Below, in pieces: positions 58,503-64,000 of a stretch of DNA of 64,000 bases. This stretch comes from Mobula birostris (taxonomy: Eukaryota). Where the stretch lies: NCBI RefSeq assembly GCF_030028105.1, contig NC_092384.1:16995629-17059628 (forward strand), written 5' to 3'. The number at the start of each line of letters is the position of its first letter. Position 1 is the stretch's first letter. The position numbers and the translations under genes are program-made. The notes beneath the pieces were generated by a model. It was not told the DNA's origin, searched no databases, and saw only the letters and a program-made list of their open reading frames with translations.

Positions 58503-59844
58503 TGTCACAAAGGTGGGCGTTGGAAACGGACCCAAATGCAAGACACAGACACTGAAGTACAAGGAACAGGGCATGACTATAGTACGAACGTGACAGGATA
58601 CAGACAAGGAGCACGGACAAGAACGCACACAAGGCTAGGTCATGGACTAGACAGGGAACCCGGACAAGGAACTAAGAACTAGGAGCCTGGGCTAGGGAAA
58701 GCGGGATCAGGACAAGAAACAATGGACTAGGAGACAAGGCTTATAATCCGAGCCAGAGACAGGACAAGGACCCAGAAGCTGGGTGTTGCTTCGGGCTCGA
58801 ACCCCAGAAACAGGCAAGGACATGACATGGCTTCAGGACAGGACGTGGCTGGGGTCTAGAGGCATGAGCTTGGAAACAGGCTAGGGACTTGTCTCTGGAG
58901 GCTTGAGGCTGGGGACTTGGCTCTTGAGACTTGAGGCTGGGGTCTTGCCTCTTGAGACTTGAGACTGGGGTCTTGCCTCTTGAGGCTTGAGGCTGGGGTC
59001 TTGCCTCTTGAGGCTGGAGGCTGGGAGCTGGGGTCTTGGAATTTGAAGGTTGATAACTCGGAGGCTGGAGCTCGGAGAGAGACTGCTAACTGTACATCAA
59101 CATCGAGCAGGAATTTATTCTTCGAAAAGCCGGGACTCATCTTTAGCATGGCAACAACATGGGGCAGGTCAGTACATAGCCATAGAGCCGGGACTTATAC
59201 TTAGACAAGCCGGGACTCAACTTCTTGTCCACAACAAAGTGGGACAGGACCATCCGTCGGGTAAAGGCAGTACGGCCTTACCCAACAGAGGCAAAGACAA
59301 GACAAGACAAGACAGGTCCCCCCAGAAGGGCAACGGCAGAACGGCCTGACTTACCCCACGGAGGCGAGGACAAGAAGAGACAATCACCGAAGAACGACAG
59401 ACAGTTCCATCTCTGCATCGTGGTTGCTCCGAGTCGCAGTTCGGCCAGCGACCTCAGCTGGGTACAGGAACAGCCGGATCCCTACCTGGCTCGGAGTGGC
59501 TGGCAGCCACTCAGCTGGCCCGGGAAATAGCCAAATCCATACAGCAAAGACAGCTCCGACTACTGACAGCCGGGCTCCATGAGCGGATGTTTCCCAGACG
59601 CGGTCTAAAGCTGGCAAGTGGCCGCCCTAGCCTTCCACTGGCAGGTTGCTCCCAGGGGATCTTGACAAGAGAAACCAGCAGCTCACACTCAACAGCAAGG
59701 CCACTTAAATTTCAAGCCCTAAGATGGGAATCAGGTGACTATGATTAACTCAACCAAACGAGGGACAGCTGGAAGACCCGCAGTCCAGAGTTCACGGACC
59801 GGACCGTGAACCGGAATGCGGACTACACGGACCGGACCATGACA
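58503..59844 (-). mobile_element. Solo LTR (1342 bp, TG..CA) with perfect 5-bp target-site duplication TTAAG
   Basis: Starts TGTCAC at 58503 and ends ATGACA at 59844; TTAAG at 58498-58502 and 59845-59849; internal ~28-bp tandem repeats at ~58895-59035. Orientation is inferred, not directly shown. Confidence 0.88.
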
Positions 59845-60229
59845 TTAAGTTTTAACCTTTAACTGTATCGAATGCTGACAGCCTTCCAAGCGTGAACCGT
59901 TACACCATGAGCGACTATTTGGAGAATGATTGCTGTTTATTTTCATTAAAGGCAGAAAATAATGAAATGTGGTCGGTTATAGACGTCAGATCGCACAGTG
60001 AAACAAAGAAGTGGCCGTTCTATGAATAAACGGCTATTATTTGTGCAATTTATTTCACAACTGAGCTGGATTCTAGACTGACATAGCTACGTAAATAACT
60101 TTGAAGTGTTGTCAAACTTGTACTAAGATGGATGAAGACATCAATTTGTTTCGAATCAAAAAAATGTAAATCTAAATGAAATGAAGACAACCTAAAAATT
60201 ATAGCTTCATCACATCCATTCAGGGCCAC

Positions 60230-60960
60230 CAACAGTGAGGCAAAACCTCACTGTTGCCAGAGCTACCGATGCGGCCTTCTCTACATGGGTGGGACTCGAC
60301 GTAAACTGGGGACAAGTTTTTCAAGCCCCTCCAGTTCATCCCAAAATGCGGAATTTGCTAGTGGCCAATTACTTTTATTCCTACCCATTCAAGTTCTGAC
60401 ATGTCGGTTCACGTCCTCTTCTACGCCTTCATGAGGTTACCCTCTGGGTGCGCGAGCAACACTTCCGGATTCAGTTTATGTAGCCTCCAACCTGACGACA
60501 TGAACATCGACTTCTCCTTCAGGTATTTTTCCCTCCCATGTCTCTCTTCTGTTCCCACCTCTGTGCTCTTATCTTCTCTGCTCTCCTGCCTATAACTTCC
60601 ACTTCTGTCCCACTTCCTTCCCTTTCTCCAGTAGTCTACTCTCTTCTCCTAATAGATTCCTTACTCTCCAGCTCTTTGCATTTTCAGCCTCTTCCCTCCC
60701 AGCTTCTTACTTCATCCCACCGCTCAACTGCACACGCTCCACTCCGCCTCCTCTAAGCACACTCAAACTTGCTTCACCTATCACCTTTTAATTTACCTTT
60801 CTTCTCACCGCCTTTTTATTCTGGAATCTTCCCTCCTCCTTTCCTGTCCTAATGTAGCGTCTCGGACCGAAACGTTGACCGTTGATTAATTTCCATAGAT
60901 GCTGCCTGATCCGCAAAGTTCACCTTGTGTGTGTTATCCTGGATTTCCAGTGTTTGCTGA
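60230..60960 (+). mobile_element. Penelope 3' fragment (degenerate GIY-YIG and terminal region)
   Basis: CGLLYMGGTRRKLG..LQPDDMNIDF; pyrimidine-rich tract; terminal GAAACGTTGAC. Confidence 0.75.
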
Positions 60961-61949
60961 ATCTTTTGTGTTACTGATATGAATGCTCTTTTATCAGTCA
61001 TTTGGCATTAGCAGAAAATGGAAACACTGGGAGCTAAAGATAATGTGCTGTGTCTGACGGAGAAGTTCTTCTATAGCTGCCGCTGAGAGAAGGGTAGAAG
61101 TAGCTGAAGACCCTTTGGTCTTGGACCCGCTCTTCTCACTATGTTATCAAAGACATGAATGAAGGAACACAAGACCATGGGGATGAATATCAGGTTAGAT
61201 AGCACAGTAATTTCTGGACAACAACAGCAAAATTATCACAGAAAAAAACGATGTACACAAAAATAGAGAAAACATGGAGATTAACATTAGATCATAGAGC
61301 GTCAGGGACAGCAAAGCAATTCTAAGATTTCTGATCGATCGCCCGATGTATGGTTGCAAAGTAAGGGATTGATTTTGTTTCCGAGTACCAAGCACCCTTC
61401 ACGTTATAGTGCAAGTGCAGTGGAATTTGCAATCCTTGCATTATGCCTGTAAGTACTTTTAAACTATGACAGCGTTCCTGATGGCTGCGGAAAGATTTTA
61501 TGTGAGAACGACATGCTCATGGTAATAGTCAGATATTGAACAATTCGTGGGGTTTTCCGAATAGTCCGACACGCCTCTTGAGAAAATTAATTCTAATAGC
61601 CTTCAGAGTTAAGTGGGACTATCAAATCCAAAACGTTTTTAAATATCAGATTTATTTGTTTTGGTAGAATTAAAAACTTCCCAAACTCTCCAAAAACGAA
61701 AATCGAAATTACAGATTACGTTTTTTTTTAACTCCAAAGAAATGTTCTTTCTTAGTTATCGGCACTTTGAAACAGATCAAACACCGGCATTTGAGGATTT
61801 AAATACAGTCTGGCCAATATCTGTAAGGTGTATTTTAAACTGATAACACACCTGTACTTTGTTTTACCCTAGACTGTGATTCTCATTATTCCCTTCTATT
61901 AACCAATACGAGAATATTGCTCTCACCTCCAAAAATCAGGTTGGTATTT

Positions 61950-62680
61950 TTTCACATTTTTTTTACTTCAATGCTTGGTCAATCTATTGTGCAATTCCTA
62001 CCCTGGTTTAACTAACCAAAGCACAACACTTCGCAAATGTCTGAGTTATATTCTATCTGCAATTGCTTGCCCTACTTTCGCAGTTTATTGTCGCAGTTAT
62101 CTTTCAGTCTAATATACCACCAATTTCGTTGCACTCCAAAATTTATTACCGAAGTTAAAAAATATTTTCATCTGAATATTTTGGAGATGACAAACAATAC
62201 TAGAACTGGAACCTACCTGTTCAGTACACCACTAGTTGCAGGCGGTCATTCTTGATATCAATTTTCTACTGTCACCGTCTGACTCCCTCTACCAAACCAA
62301 CGTTGTGTTCTTGTGCTCAGGTGGCTGGTTCACCCTGGCTCCAATGTCATCTAGTTTTCTATGGAGGCCTGCCATACGGGACCTTGCAAAAGTCAATAAG
62401 GGACAATTCCAGTTGCTGCACTCAGCAATTTTCTTCATCACCTCTTCAAAGCAACTCAATCAACTTTTTGTAAGAGATTCCAAATTATATATCCATTTTA
62501 CGGTCACTATTTCAAACTTTGTCTCTCCAAATTGTGATAGATTCTCTCTCTCCAATCCCCTGCAGTATCTTTTCACGCACCAATGTTGGGATCGCCAACT
62601 TGAACTCTCCTCTTGTCCTTGCAAATCTTCTTAAATAAATGCACATTTGTCACTCTCCAATGCTGCCGTAATACAGTCCT
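61950..62680 (-). mobile_element. Degenerate CR1 RT fragment
   Basis: The reverse complement resembles the DFxKAFDKVP and GVPQG regions. Confidence 0.55.
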
Positions 62681-63559
62681 AGTTAATGACGATACTGATA
62701 TCTTTGAAATAGGCCTTACAATTTCTCCTCACGCTTCTCACAATGTCAAAAGATACACTTGATTAGGTGCCGTCTGTTCATCACATGGACTGTATTTTTA
62801 CACCGCGAGCACCCCGTTCCCCCCACGTTTCCGTTTTTTTCATGTGCATCTGTTAGAAAATAATTTTTCCCCCCACCTTAATCCCTTACGATCCCTGATT
62901 TTTAACACAGTGATGGGAAATAATAATTTACAGCCGGGTCATTGCGATTTCTCGGTGCCTATTTCCCCATTTCCTCTTGCTTTATATTCAGAAGTTGTAT
63001 CATGCTAGCTGTGTGCTTTCATGATTTCATTCAGGTGCACTATAATAGAGCTTATATTTCTCTCGCGAATTGCTTGAACCCGTTTCCTATAGATGAGGCA
63101 GATGTCCTTTCTTCGAAACATTGTTTCAATGTTCTCGTGAACCGGAATTCTCTAATCCTGTTTGCCTTGCCATTCTCTCCACCAGTATCACTCATGCATA
63201 TTAGTGGCAGTTAATAGAGGGCATCGCCTTGAAATAAGAGAGCAAGAATAAATAAGGTTTTCGAAGCAGGTACATCACGCAGTGGTACAAGAGAGTGTTG
63301 ATTTAATCACAAGAGTTAAAGGGCATTCAAACATGCCCACTAAGAGGCAAAAAAGTGCGATGTAGTCCACGTCCGATCATAAAGAATTATGATCAATACA
63401 CACATCATTGGTCGAAAGGCATTTTCCAGTGCTGTACTTGAATTACTTAACGGTTAAGATTAAACAACGGGCTCTAGCTTATATCGTTTATAAGCAGTAA
63501 ATCGGGAAGGACTAGAATATAGGTAACGCCCCGTGCGAATTCGGAACGGCCCTAGGGCG

Positions 63560-64000
63560 ACATGTGGAAGTGGTAAAGGACTGAATGAGAAGGAATCTGA
63601 CAGGAGAGGATATTGGACCATTGGAGAAAATGAAGGAGAAGCAGCATCAAAGCGAGGTGAGGCGAAGAGAAGGGATAAAAAGGGACCCAGAATGGGAAAT
63701 AGAAAACGATGAAAAGTGTACGAGAGAAATTACTGAAAGTTGGAGAAATCATTGATCATATCAGCAGGTTGGAGGCAATAGAGAAGGAATATAAATCCAC
63801 CTATCAAATGCCATCTCTTTACCTCCCCCTCCCCCCACTAATCACCTGCCAGTTTATGCGCCTTTCCCTCCCCTATCTCCTTTTTGTGACTTCATTCCCC
63901 CTTTCTTTCCAGTCATGAAGAAGGATCTTACTCCGAAACATCGACTGTCTGTTTTTCACCATTGATGCTGCCTGACCCACTGAGCTCCGGTAGCACGTTG
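63560..64000. mobile_element. Penelope terminal fragments in opposite orientations
   Basis: A purine-rich minus-strand piece followed by a plus-strand terminal piece (CCGAAACATCGACTG..GATGCTGCCTGACC). Confidence 0.55.

Noticed and set aside
58895-59035. Regular ~28-bp repeats as a CRISPR-like array
   Set aside because: The repeats are contiguous without unique spacers, lie inside an LTR, and the context is eukaryotic.
61195-61395. Hydrophobic minus ORF suggesting a GPCR or TM segment
   Set aside because: Hydrophobicity follows from the A-rich plus strand; no receptor motifs or exon boundaries.

Overview
Vertebrate genomic DNA, most likely from a cartilaginous fish and probably a ray. That is an inference from the repeat landscape: CR1, Penelope, L1, Rex/Babar, R4/Dong, Tc1, Gypsy and a tRNA-derived SINE. 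Roughly half the window is decayed transposable elements, which account for most ORF-track entries. The one host gene I can reconstruct is a + strand, 7-exon, non-rearranging antigen-receptor-like/SIRP-like Ig-superfamily membrane receptor. Its exons are leader 16818-16872, germline-joined VJ-type domain 17076-17381, C1-set domain 20691-20984, transmembrane exon with a Lys 21592-21690, cytoplasmic exons 22284-22327 and 24224-24334, and terminal ITIM+ITSM exon 26625-26756. All splice phases are compatible. An in-frame TAA at 24326-24328 (TAT/Tyr in the paralogue) stops translation 6 nt before the last junction and removes the ITIM/ITSM exon. Together with the TM lysine this resembles an inhibitory-to-activating switch of a paired receptor, while skipping exon 6 would restore the inhibitory tail in frame. 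The locus is built from old segmental duplications: a downstream paralogue (~35.7-45.5 kb) that lost leader/V/C1/TM in an ~8.2 kb deletion but keeps an open terminal ITIM exon, an inverted copy of the upstream flank (~4.25-5.56 kb), and smaller repeated blocks near 50-57 kb. A possible decayed MHC class I-like alpha1/alpha2 sequence lies antisense in intron 5 and in the paralogue (low confidence). Repeat and duplication boundaries are by-eye estimates; exon boundaries were counted base by base.
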